In this document: positions 1 to 9,014 of the stretch, piece by piece
How the letters are laid out: each line of letters opens with the position of its first letter
How positions within the stretch are numbered: position 1 is the first letter of the stretch
Assembly: GCA_046483025.1 (NCBI GenBank)
Contig: JAWODZ010000110.1
Span: 1 to 59,822 of the forward strand
Direction: 5' to 3'
DNA from: a bacterium
GTDB taxonomy: Bacteria > Zhuqueibacterota > QNDG01 > CAYUAG01
Length of the DNA: 59,822 bases
The notes under the pieces: generated by a model
What the model saw: only the letters and a program-made list of their open reading frames with translations
What the model was told of the DNA's origin: nothing
Database searches by the model: none
Translations under genes and position numbers: made by a program

Positions 1-1
1 A

Positions 2-220
2 AATAAACGGGATAAAATATCTATCTTTTTGGCGGTTCCCTGGCAGATTGTACTTTTCCTCATGTGGATATCAGTAATGATGAATAGATGGGATCAGGTA
101 AAACTATTATTATTAATTCTTATTATTTTATCTATAGGTCTTTATTTTCTTTGGTTCAGACATTTATCAACTAAAGTAAAGATGGACAGAGAAGAAATAA
201 AGGTAGCATTAAAAGAATAA
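2..220 (+). CDS. hypothetical small membrane protein, possibly the 3' end of a gene that starts before the window
   Basis: The frame is open from nt 2 and the ORF track starts it at TTG 29. It has two hydrophobic segments (IVLFLMWISVMM, LLLLILIILSIGLYFLWF). No family recognised. Confidence 0.25.
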   Translation, partial: NKRDKISIFLAVPWQIVLFLMWISVMMNRWDQVKLLLLILIILSIGLYFLWFRHLSTKVKMDREEIKVALKE

Positions 221-234
221 GCAGAAGGTGAATT

Positions 235-1728
235 ATGGATAAACGCGGTGCAGGTATTCTCCTGCATATATCATCACTACCATCAAGGTTTGGAATTGGT
301 GATTTGGGGCCTCAGGCATATAAATTTGCCGATTTTCTTTATAATTCCGGAATGAGATTCTGGCAGATACTCCCCCTGAATCCCACAGATATCTGTCATG
401 ACAACTCTCCTTATAAAAGTGTTTCAGCTTTTGCTTTTAATCCTAATTTAATCAGCCCTGTTCACCTGGTTGAACATGGATTGCTGGAAAAAAAAGATAT
501 TATGGATATTCCTAGGCGAAAGGGTTCTGAAATAGATTATCATTCTGTTGTTGTTTATAAAGAAACATTACTGAACAAGGCTTATGAAAATTTTTTGAAA
601 AAACCAAATGATTCTCACTTTGAACAGTTTTGCACAGAAAACAGCTACTGGCTTGATGACTATGCATTATTCAGTGCCCTTAAATCAAAATTTTCCAATC
701 AAATATGGAATAAATGGCCTGTGCCGATACGAGACCGGTATCCGGAAGAAATTAAAAGACAAACTGGATTATTACAACAGGAAATAAAAAAGAAAAAGTT
801 CTTTCAATACTTGTTTATTATACAATGGGAAAAATTAAAGAATTATTGCAGTAACTGCAATATTCAGATTATCGGTGACATCCCTATATATATAGGGATG
901 GACAGTGTAGATGTATGGACACATTCTTCAATTTTTAAACTGGATAAGGATAAGCAACCTCTATATATAGCCGGAGTTCCTCCAGATTATTTCAGTGAAA
1001 CCGGTCAGTTATGGGGTAATCCGGTTTACAGATGGGATGTGATGAAAAAGAATAAGTACCAGTGGTGGATCGAAAGGTTGCGTCATAATCTGGCACTTTT
1101 TGATATTGTTCGTATTGATCATTTCAGGGGGTTGGTTGCTTACTGGCAAGTGGCCAGCGAAGAAGAAACAGCGATAAAAGGAGAATGGATAGAAGCCCCT
1201 GCAGATGATTTCTTAAACACTATTATTAATAAATTTGAGAAACTGCCTATTATTGCTGAAGATTTGGGAGTTATTACCCCTGATGTTTTAAATATCATGA
1301 AGAAATATAACCTTCCGGGAATGAAAGTTTTACAGTTTGGATTTAGAAATTCTGTGGGAGAGAATGAGCACGCAGTTCATAATGTTGTACACAATTGTTT
1401 CTTGTTTACAGGTACTCATGATAATAATACGGTACAGGGGTGGTATCGGCATGATATTGGCAAGCAGGAAAAACAAAATATCAATAAATATGTGGGACAT
1501 AAGGTCACGAAACGCACTGTCCATAAAGAATTGATACGTTTAGCTATGATATCAGTGGCAAATACAGTTATTATCCCTATTCAGGATTTCCTCGGACTTG
1601 GGCGCAAAGCAAGGATGAACAGACCCTTCAGTAATAAAGGCAACTGGCACTGGAAATTAAAACCTGGTAAGCTTACAAAAAAACTTTCCCGTTCAATTAA
1701 AGAGCTGATAGAGATCTATGGGAGGTAA
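235..1728 (+). CDS. malQ: 4-alpha-glucanotransferase (amylomaltase, GH77)
   Basis: 497-aa ORF. It has the N-terminal GILLHISSLPSRFGIGDLG motif and the VRIDHFRG motif typical of MalQ/GH77. Confidence 0.9.
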   Translation: MDKRGAGILLHISSLPSRFGIGDLGPQAYKFADFLYNSGMRFWQILPLNPTDICHDNSPYKSVSAFAFNPNLISPVHLVEHGLLEKKDIMDIPRRKGSEIDYHSVVVYKETLLNKAYENFLKKPNDSHFEQFCTENSYWLDDYALFSALKSKFSNQIWNKWPVPIRDRYPEEIKRQTGLLQQEIKKKKFFQYLFIIQWEKLKNYCSNCNIQIIGDIPIYIGMDSVDVWTHSSIFKLDKDKQPLYIAGVPPDYFSETGQLWGNPVYRWDVMKKNKYQWWIERLRHNLALFDIVRIDHFRGLVAYWQVASEEETAIKGEWIEAPADDFLNTIINKFEKLPIIAEDLGVITPDVLNIMKKYNLPGMKVLQFGFRNSVGENEHAVHNVVHNCFLFTGTHDNNTVQGWYRHDIGKQEKQNINKYVGHKVTKRTVHKELIRLAMISVANTVIIPIQDFLGLGRKARMNRPFSNKGNWHWKLKPGKLTKKLSRSIKELIEIYGR

Positions 1729-1775
1729 AGTTTTATAGCCGTGCATCTATACGGATTTTTATAGAGAAAAACATT

Positions 1776-1817
1776 GATTTACGATTTACGATTGACGATT
1801 TTTGATTTAAGATTTGA
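1776..1817. repeat. degenerate heptamer tandem repeat (GATTTAC-like, about 6 units)
   Basis: Reads gatttac gatttac gattgac gattttt gatttaa gatttga head to tail in non-coding DNA. Confidence 0.7.
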
Positions 1818-1937
1818 ATGGTCTTGTCCTGAAATAGGTGTACAATTAAAACAATAGTTTTTATTCTTTTCTCCATATCTTATTTGTGTTTAAATAATAT
1901 CTACATAATTAAAGTTTAACTTAAAACAGTAACAATT

Positions 1938-2208
1938 TGTCATCCTGAGGAACGAAGTGACGAAGGATCTCACGCTACTAAGGAATCAGTAAAGAATCAG
2001 ATCTAGCTGGAAATGAATGTCATTTTAAGAATCGTACTTTTCCAGCAAAAAACCATCATACCTTTTTATTCAGAGGCGTGAGATTCTTCGCTCGCTTTGC
2101 TCGCTCAGGATAATGTCTTCGCTCGCTTTGCTCGCTCAGGATAATGTCTTCGCTCGCTTTGCTCGCTCAGGATAATGTCTTCGCTCCCTCCGGTCGCTCA
2201 GAATGACA
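1938..2208. mobile_element. MITE-like non-coding element with TGTCAT...ATGACA termini and an internally expanded 31-nt tandem array
   Basis: The left arm tgtcatcctgaggaacgaagtgacgaaggatctcacgc (1938-1975) is an imperfect inverted copy of gcgtgagattcttcgctcgctttgctcgctcaggataatgt (2076-2116). The element ends in cagaatgaca (about 2199-2208) and contains no ORF. Confidence 0.55.
2086..2208. repeat. 31-nt direct tandem repeat, 3 perfect copies plus 1 degenerate copy
   Basis: cttcgctcgctttgctcgctcaggataatgt occurs at 2086-2116, 2117-2147 and 2148-2178. A diverged fourth copy, cttcgctccctccggtcgctcagaatgaca, follows. There are no spacers. Confidence 0.9.
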
Positions 2209-2304
2209 TTTCGGAACGTCTGGTTTGGTAAACTGTAAACTTTTTTCAGGACGACACCAATAATTACAATAATCTTGGTTAAACTGTATTCATCTGTACT
2301 ATTA

Positions 2305-4962
2305 TTACTTGATCAAAACCTTTGTTTTCAATCCTTCCAGAGAGTTTTTCCCTACCATAATTTCAAACTCACCTGGCTCAACTATCCTTTTCCCCTGATT
2401 GTTCACTGTGGAAAAATCATCTCTGTTCAGATTGAATGTGACTTTTTTACTGCTATCGGCCTTGATATTAATACGTTTAAAATCACGGAGTGATTTGATA
2501 GGTACCGGATAAGAGCTTTCAAGATCTGATATATATACCTGTACCACTTCATCACCATCCATTTTTCCAATATTGGCAATATCAACACTCACCGTGATAT
2601 TTTCATTGAGGCTGATTTCAGTAGATGAACAGTTCAGATTTGAATATTCAAAATCTGTATAGCTCAATCCATAACCAAACGGGTACAGGACTTCCCCCTT
2701 GAAATAACGATATGTATGGTTTTTCATGCTGTAATCATCAAAGGGGGGAAGCTGGTCAATTGACCTGTAAAACGTCACTGGAAGCCTTGCAGAAGGGTTA
2801 TAAGCGCCGAAAATGACATCAGCCACCCCATGGCCACCTTCTTCTCCCGGATACCAGGCTTCCAGAATAGCGGGGATATTGGAATCTGCCCAGTTTACTG
2901 CTAAGGCACTTCCGCTCAGGAGTATCAGTATTACAGGTGTATCAATTTTTCGTAAGGCTTTCAGAAGTTGAATCTGCGGCTCAGGAAGCATAATGTCAGT
3001 CCGGTCTCCACCTTGAAATCCCTTCATGTTGGATTGCATTTCTTCACCCTCCAGTTGAGGAGATATTCCTCCCACAACTACAGCAGCCTCGGATTTTGAA
3101 ACGATCTGTACAGCTTTTCGCAGTTCATTTTCACGTTCTTTTTGGATTTGACGGGTGATACGGGGATTATTCCAGGCCAGAGTGAGAGAAGCCCCTCCGC
3201 TGTTTTCATAATATTCAATGCGGATTGGATAGAGTTTATCTTTTTCAAGAGTAACAGTACTGGTTGTAGTAGTAGCACTGTGATCTGACCATAAGTCTAT
3301 AATCTTATTATCATTTATATAAAGTCTGTATCCATCATCCCCGGTTAAGCCGAGAGTGTATTTTCCTGATTCCTTAACAGTCAGATACCCGGTCCACCTG
3401 ACAGAAAAATTATCTGAAGGAAAATTCTCTGCTGGAGAGCTCTGGTTCCAGCTGAAGTCAAGGGTGGAGTCATATCTGGTCATAACAGGTTCTCCCTGTA
3501 CATTCATATTAGAGAAATATTCTCCTTTAAGTCCTTTAGTCTTGGTTGATTTATCAGGTATTAAATGAGAGGATGGGATAATTTTCAGAGGAATATGAGT
3601 ACTTGCAGCGATATCGCATCCCCTGGTGTATCTGACTACAGTATTTTCTGATACGGTATTTTTGATTCCCTGCAATATGGTTACATATTTTGAAGATGTT
3701 CCGTGATAATTGCCGTTCAGAACCTCAATATTATCGGCATTTGGTCCTATTACTGCAATAGAGGACAGATTTTTTTGCAAAGGGAGGAGATTATCCTGAT
3801 TTTTCAAGAGTACAATGGAAGCACGGGCAGTTTTCCGGGCCAGTTCCCGGTGTTCTTTACAGTCAACAATTTCATAGGGAATTGAAGTATAAGGAACCAT
3901 ATCGTCGGGATCAAACATTCCCAGCTTGAACCGTGCTCTGAATAACCGTTTTACCGATGTATCGATTAATTCTTCTGTTATTAATCCTTTTTGTACTGCT
4001 TCAAGAAGAAATGGATAATGATTTCCGCAATTGAGATCGCAGCCTGATTTAACTGCAACAGCAGCAGCTTCAGGAGCTGTATCAACATAATGATGATTTG
4101 CATGAATATCCTGAATAGCCCAGCAGTCAGATACAACATATCCTTCGAAATTCCAGGCATTCCTGAGTATTTCCTGAAGTAAAACAGGACTTGCACAGCA
4201 GGGTTCTCCGTTGGTTCTGTTATACGCTCCCATAACAGAATAAGCTTTTCCTTTAATTATGCAGGCCTCAAAAGCAGGAAGGTAGGTATCCCAGAGTACT
4301 CGTTGATTCACTACAGCATTAAAATGATGTCGTTCCGGTTCAGGACCGCTGTGAACTGCATAATGTTTTGGGGTCGCAATTACCTTAAAATACGCAGGAT
4401 CGTTACTTTGCAATCCTTTCACAAAGGATATACCCATTTGTGACGTTAAATAGGGATCTTCTCCATAGGTTTCCTGTCCCCGTCCCCATCTGGGATCACG
4501 GAAAATATTAATATTGGGGGACCAGAAGGTCAATCCGTAATATCTGCTGCGGTTATCATGTTTGACAGCATGATGATATTTAGCCCGGGCTTCATCGGAT
4601 ATGACAGTTGCCACCTGATGCATCAGATCAGTATCCCAGGTTGCTGCCAGACCGATAGCCTGAGGAAATACAGTTGCTCTCCCTGCACGAGCTACCCCGT
4701 GTAAACATTCATTCCACCAGTTATATTGGGGAATATTCAGCCGTTCTATAGCAGGTGCATCGTATCTCATCTGGGATATCTTTTCTTCCAGAGTCATACG
4801 TGAAACAAGATCATTTATTCTTTCTTCCACAGAAAGCTCAGGATTTAAATAGGGGGGATGTTCCTGTTTTGTATTATCAGAGGAAAAACAGGGGAGTATT
4901 CTTCCTGCAAAAACAAAGTACAGCATGACCGTACAGAAAAACACATTTTTTTTAATAATCAT
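2305..4962 (-). CDS. secreted GH3 beta-glucosidase/beta-xylosidase-like enzyme with inserted PA14 domain
   Basis: 885 aa with an N-terminal signal peptide. GH3 motifs are present (KHYAVHSGPE, nucleophile region GYVVSDCWAI). A PA14-like block is also present (GLKGEYFSN...FSVRWTGYL...GDDGYRLYIND). Confidence 0.88.
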   Translation of the reverse strand: MIIKKNVFFCTVMLYFVFAGRILPCFSSDNTKQEHPPYLNPELSVEERINDLVSRMTLEEKISQMRYDAPAIERLNIPQYNWWNECLHGVARAGRATVFPQAIGLAATWDTDLMHQVATVISDEARAKYHHAVKHDNRSRYYGLTFWSPNINIFRDPRWGRGQETYGEDPYLTSQMGISFVKGLQSNDPAYFKVIATPKHYAVHSGPEPERHHFNAVVNQRVLWDTYLPAFEACIIKGKAYSVMGAYNRTNGEPCCASPVLLQEILRNAWNFEGYVVSDCWAIQDIHANHHYVDTAPEAAAVAVKSGCDLNCGNHYPFLLEAVQKGLITEELIDTSVKRLFRARFKLGMFDPDDMVPYTSIPYEIVDCKEHRELARKTARASIVLLKNQDNLLPLQKNLSSIAVIGPNADNIEVLNGNYHGTSSKYVTILQGIKNTVSENTVVRYTRGCDIAASTHIPLKIIPSSHLIPDKSTKTKGLKGEYFSNMNVQGEPVMTRYDSTLDFSWNQSSPAENFPSDNFSVRWTGYLTVKESGKYTLGLTGDDGYRLYINDNKIIDLWSDHSATTTTSTVTLEKDKLYPIRIEYYENSGGASLTLAWNNPRITRQIQKERENELRKAVQIVSKSEAAVVVGGISPQLEGEEMQSNMKGFQGGDRTDIMLPEPQIQLLKALRKIDTPVILILLSGSALAVNWADSNIPAILEAWYPGEEGGHGVADVIFGAYNPSARLPVTFYRSIDQLPPFDDYSMKNHTYRYFKGEVLYPFGYGLSYTDFEYSNLNCSSTEISLNENITVSVDIANIGKMDGDEVVQVYISDLESSYPVPIKSLRDFKRINIKADSSKKVTFNLNRDDFSTVNNQGKRIVEPGEFEIMVGKNSLEGLKTKVLIK

Positions 4963-4980
4963 TTTAATCCCCTTTTTTTA

Positions 4981-5076
4981 GCCACAGATTAACACGGATT
5001 AATAAAGAATTATATCAATGCATTTTATTTTATTACAATAATTATTTTCTGTGTTTAATCCGTGTATATCTGTGGC
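4981..5076. repeat. 96-bp inverted repeat (22-nt arms, 2 mismatches) between the GH92 stop and the GH3 start
   Basis: gccacagattaacacggattaa (4981-5002) pairs with ttaatccgtgtatatctgtggc (5055-5076). A related sequence occurs at 28009-28037. Confidence 0.8.
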
Positions 5077-5086
5077 TATATTAAAT

Positions 5087-8068
5087 TCAATTTATAGTAA
5101 TCTCATCTGCAAAGATCCAGGCTTTACCACCGTACCCTTTATGCCATTCCGGGCACATTTTTCGGTTTTTTGCCACAATCTTAATATATTGTGCTTCCTT
5201 ACTATCAATTTCAAGAGTAAAATTTTTGATGATAATGCCGGATTTATTTTCGGATACAGTGTTTTTTACAGATCCAACTTTTCGGAAATTATTGCCGTCT
5301 TCTGAAATATAATAATCAACCTTAAGGGGCATAAAGATCCAGGCATTTATATTCTGCAGGAATCTTGTTGATATTTTATTGATTTTAATGGAATTATTGA
5401 GATTTATTACAGCTTCAATATTAACTCCTTCATAACCCTGCCATCCACCACTCCAGAAATTATTATTTCCTTTGATATGGTCTATTAAGGCCTTATCTCC
5501 ACCTGCTGAGTATTGAGGAGCATAATCTGTTTTAAGTTCAATATCTCTTTTATAGGGAATTTCAGTGAAATCCACTGAAACCGGAAAACTTTTGTGATCA
5601 CCTTTAACAGCAATAGCTTTTATAGGTGTAGATTCAGTAATAACAATGGGTTCTGTATAGACTGGTGAGCCAACATCAGGATCAGATCCATCTAACGTAT
5701 AGTATATGCTGACATTTTCATCAGGATGGAGTATTTTTACTTTTTGTTCTTTGTAAAAAGTTATATGATCATAACCAAAAAATGGTGAGGTAAGGAATTC
5801 TTGACCAACCTGTGAACTGGGATAACTTTCTCTGGATTGAAATAATTGTTTATTTGGTGTATCAGTCATAGTAAAACACAGCTGTCCGCCGTTAATGATA
5901 TCTTTGTGGGTGATGAATCTTTTACCATAATCTTGGCCATTCAGCGTTAAAGAATTAATATATATATTTGACTTAGATAGGTTATTTACAATGATTTTAA
6001 AAGTTTCGCCATTCTCTAAATGAATGATGATTTTATTAAAAACAGGACTTCCGAAAACATAGTAATCCATCCCCGGACATACAGGATAAAATCCCATAGC
6101 ACTGAATACATACCATGCTGACATCTGACCACAGTCTTCATTACCACATAAGCCGTCCTGAGCAGCTGAGTAGAGATTATGTGTAATTTCTGTAACAATT
6201 TCCTGAGTTTTCCAGTATCTTTGAGTAAAATTATACAAATACGCCATATGATGGCTGGGTTCATTACCATGGGCATACTGTCCGATCAAACCGGTAATAT
6301 CTACCTGATTTCTTCCTGTTAGGGTTTTATCATGGGAAAACAAAAGATCTAATTTATTAGTAAAATTCGTATCTCCGTTAAATAATTCAATTAATCCTGC
6401 AATGTCATGAGGTACAAAAAAAGAATACTGCCAGCTGTTTGCTTCAGTATAGGCTCCGGTAACAGAAGTAGGATCAAACGGTTCGATCCATTTTCCGTTT
6501 TTTCGTGCACGCATGAACATAACAGAAAGGTCAAATAAATTTTTGTAAGATTGAGATCTGGTTAAAAAATACTCATAATCCCGGGTTTTACCTAATTCTT
6601 TTGCCATCTGAGCGATACACCAGTCATCATAGGAATATTCAAGCGTTTTGGATACGGATTCATGCTCCAGCTGAGCTGGGATATATCCATACTTTCGGTA
6701 GTGTTTAAGGCCAAATTGATCCTGTTCCGCACTTGTTTTCATTGCTTTGTAGGCTTTGTCAATATCATAATCCCTGATTCCCTTTACATATGCATCTGCT
6801 ATTACCGGAATTGAATGGTATCCAATCATACAGTTCGTTTCCTGGGCAGCAAGTTCCCAAACTGGCAGAAGCCCGCTCTGTTCATACTTTTTCAGCATAG
6901 TTTTGATAAAATCTGAGGTTCTTTTTTGTTCAATAATGGTGAAAAGAGGATGAAGGGCCCTGAATGTATCCCAGAGAGAAAACACGGTATGATTAATGAA
7001 ACCGTCAGCAGTATGTATATTGTCGTCCATTCCCATATATTTATTATCAATATCCATAAAAGTATTGGGAGCTATCATAGTATGATATAATGCAGTATAA
7101 AATATCGTCTTATCAGTCTCGCTTTCATCATATACTTCAATTTTATTTAGTTTTTTGTTCCAAGTTATTTCAGCTTTTGATTTTACGGCTTGGAAATTCC
7201 AGTCCGGAATTTCCTTTTCCAGATTTTTACGGGCACCTTCGATACTGACTGCGGAAATACCAACTTTTACCAATACAATTTCATTCTTTTTAGTGCTAAA
7301 GGTAACATAGGCCTTGATATCTTCTCCCTGAGCTGTTTTTTTATTCTTTTGAATTTTTTCATTAATTGAAATCCCATATTCGTTGAAAGGTTTAGAGAAT
7401 TGAACTACAAAATAGAAACAGTGATTCTTGGCCCATCCGGTAGAGCGTCTGAATCCGGTGATTTCTGTGTTATTTGCGATCTGAATGAAAGAATTTACGG
7501 TCTGATCGTGAATACCGATGGCCAGATCAATAATGAGGTGGGAGGACTTGGACTCGGGATAGGTATACTTATGAAATCCGACCCTTTTAGTAACAGTAAA
7601 TTCAGCCTTAATATTATAGTCATCCAAAAGAACCGAGTAGTATCCGGGAGAGGCATGTTCATGTTTATGGTTGAATCGTGATCGATAACCGGAATCGGGA
7701 TCACTCTTGATTCCGGCAGCAAGTGTTAAAGTTCCCAAAGTGGGCATAAAGCGGATATCACCGTAATCACTGGCACCGGTGCCGCTTAAATGAGTATGGC
7801 TGAACCCCATAATAGAACTATCTGAATAGTGATATCCGGAACACCAGTCCCATCCTTCTGTATCCGTATCTGGACTTAACTGAACCATACCAAAAGGTAC
7901 AGTAGCCCCGGGAAAGGTGTGTCCGTGTCCATCTGTGCCAATGAATGGATCCACATAGTGTGTATAATCAGATTTTTCCTGAGCTAAAGCAAGAGTACCA
8001 AATAAACACATAAATAAAACTAATATTCTTGGACTTTTATTTTGTCGTTTCATCATGATAAACTCCAT
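5087..8068 (-). CDS. secreted GH92 alpha-mannosidase with C-terminal F5/8 type C (discoidin) module
   Basis: 993 aa with a signal peptide. It carries the GH92 signature YVDPFIGTDGHGHTFPGATVPFGMVQLSPDT. The last 150 aa or so look discoidin-like. The true start may be an internal Met at 8056/8053. Confidence 0.88.
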   Translation of the reverse strand: MEFIMMKRQNKSPRILVLFMCLFGTLALAQEKSDYTHYVDPFIGTDGHGHTFPGATVPFGMVQLSPDTDTEGWDWCSGYHYSDSSIMGFSHTHLSGTGASDYGDIRFMPTLGTLTLAAGIKSDPDSGYRSRFNHKHEHASPGYYSVLLDDYNIKAEFTVTKRVGFHKYTYPESKSSHLIIDLAIGIHDQTVNSFIQIANNTEITGFRRSTGWAKNHCFYFVVQFSKPFNEYGISINEKIQKNKKTAQGEDIKAYVTFSTKKNEIVLVKVGISAVSIEGARKNLEKEIPDWNFQAVKSKAEITWNKKLNKIEVYDESETDKTIFYTALYHTMIAPNTFMDIDNKYMGMDDNIHTADGFINHTVFSLWDTFRALHPLFTIIEQKRTSDFIKTMLKKYEQSGLLPVWELAAQETNCMIGYHSIPVIADAYVKGIRDYDIDKAYKAMKTSAEQDQFGLKHYRKYGYIPAQLEHESVSKTLEYSYDDWCIAQMAKELGKTRDYEYFLTRSQSYKNLFDLSVMFMRARKNGKWIEPFDPTSVTGAYTEANSWQYSFFVPHDIAGLIELFNGDTNFTNKLDLLFSHDKTLTGRNQVDITGLIGQYAHGNEPSHHMAYLYNFTQRYWKTQEIVTEITHNLYSAAQDGLCGNEDCGQMSAWYVFSAMGFYPVCPGMDYYVFGSPVFNKIIIHLENGETFKIIVNNLSKSNIYINSLTLNGQDYGKRFITHKDIINGGQLCFTMTDTPNKQLFQSRESYPSSQVGQEFLTSPFFGYDHITFYKEQKVKILHPDENVSIYYTLDGSDPDVGSPVYTEPIVITESTPIKAIAVKGDHKSFPVSVDFTEIPYKRDIELKTDYAPQYSAGGDKALIDHIKGNNNFWSGGWQGYEGVNIEAVINLNNSIKINKISTRFLQNINAWIFMPLKVDYYISEDGNNFRKVGSVKNTVSENKSGIIIKNFTLEIDSKEAQYIKIVAKNRKMCPEWHKGYGGKAWIFADEITIN

Positions 8069-8184
8069 GTATGTTAAAATTTTCAGATAATATAGTATTA
8101 ATTAAATGTATGAATATTACCTGATTTAGTCAAAATTTATTTTCTTGCAATTTTAAACACTAAAGTTTATATTTATACAGAAAA

Positions 8185-8201
8185 GTCAACTATGAGTTGA
8201 C
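8185..8201. promoter_or_regulatory. perfect palindrome GTCAAC-N5-GTTGAC overlapping a TTGACA -35-like hexamer, candidate AbiEi operator
   Basis: gtcaactatgagttgac lies 37 nt upstream of the abiEi ATG. AbiEi antitoxins are known to autorepress through inverted repeats in their promoter. Confidence 0.35.
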
Positions 8202-8237
8202 ATATATGAATAAAAATAAACTATCAGGGGGTTGATA

Positions 8238-9014
8238 ATGAATACAAACAAAAATAATGAGGTGTCAAAATTAAACAATCTTTTACGTGAATGGCCGAAA
8301 GGCGCTGTGATCACTTTTTCCAGATTAAAAGAAAAAGGGTATTCACGTCAGTTAATTGATAAATACAAATCAAGCAGATGGCTTGAAGTGGTTAATACAG
8401 GTGCGTATAAGAGGTACAAGGATACAATAGACTGGTACGGTGGATTGTATGGTCTTCAACGTTCGAATCTAGATATACATGCAGGTGCAAAGAGTGCGTT
8501 GGAATTACAGGGGTTTGCACATTATTTGGCTCCCAAAATGCCCAGAGTATTTTTATTTGGACCACCGCAGACTCGTTTACCGAAATGGTTCAGCAATTAT
8601 CAATGGGGATTAGATATTATTTTTACAGCTACCAAACTCTTCAAGAATTCTTTGAAAACAGGTTTTACAGAATATTCCCATAAAGAATTTTCTGTCTGGA
8701 TCTCTGCACCTGAACGGGCAGCTCTTGAAATGATGTATCATATACCGGATAAGCAGGGATTTGGTGAAGCGTATCGTATTCTGGAGAATATGACAACATT
8801 AAGACCGGACCTGGTTCAGGAACTGCTGATGAATTGTCATTCTGTAAAAGTCAAACGACTTTTTATGTATATGGCTGAAAAAGCAGAACATACGTGGGTA
8901 GAAGAGTTATCTCCTGAAAAAGTTGATTTTGGGAGCGGGAAAAGAGTTATTGTAAAAAATGGTATTTTTGATAAAAAATATCAAATAACAGTTGAAGCGG
9001 AGAGTAATCTGTGA
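8238..9014 (+). CDS. type IV toxin-antitoxin system AbiEi-family antitoxin/transcriptional regulator
   Basis: N-terminal winged-helix-like segment (VITFSRLKEKGYSRQLIDKYKSSRWLEVVNTGAYKR). It overlaps the AbiEii gene by 4 nt (GTGA). ATG 8238 is preferred over TTG 8232 because GGGGG sits 8 nt upstream. Confidence 0.7.
   Translation: MNTNKNNEVSKLNNLLREWPKGAVITFSRLKEKGYSRQLIDKYKSSRWLEVVNTGAYKRYKDTIDWYGGLYGLQRSNLDIHAGAKSALELQGFAHYLAPKMPRVFLFGPPQTRLPKWFSNYQWGLDIIFTATKLFKNSLKTGFTEYSHKEFSVWISAPERAALEMMYHIPDKQGFGEAYRILENMTTLRPDLVQELLMNCHSVKVKRLFMYMAEKAEHTWVEELSPEKVDFGSGKRVIVKNGIFDKKYQITVEAESNL

Noticed and set aside
2086-2208. Possible CRISPR array, because of the regular 31-nt repeats
   Set aside because: The copies are directly head to tail with no spacers, no cas genes are nearby, and the unit is the arm of a TIR element. 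It is a tandem repeat, not a CRISPR.
5051-5305. 84-aa plus-strand ORF at the GH92 3' end
   Set aside because: It starts inside the intergenic inverted repeat and runs antisense to the conserved discoidin module of GH92, so it is spurious.
2305-8068. A Bacteroidota-style polysaccharide utilisation locus
   Set aside because: No SusC/SusD-like pair or hybrid two-component/ECF regulator is adjacent. There are only two secreted glycosidases plus cytoplasmic malQ, so I report them as ordinary genes.
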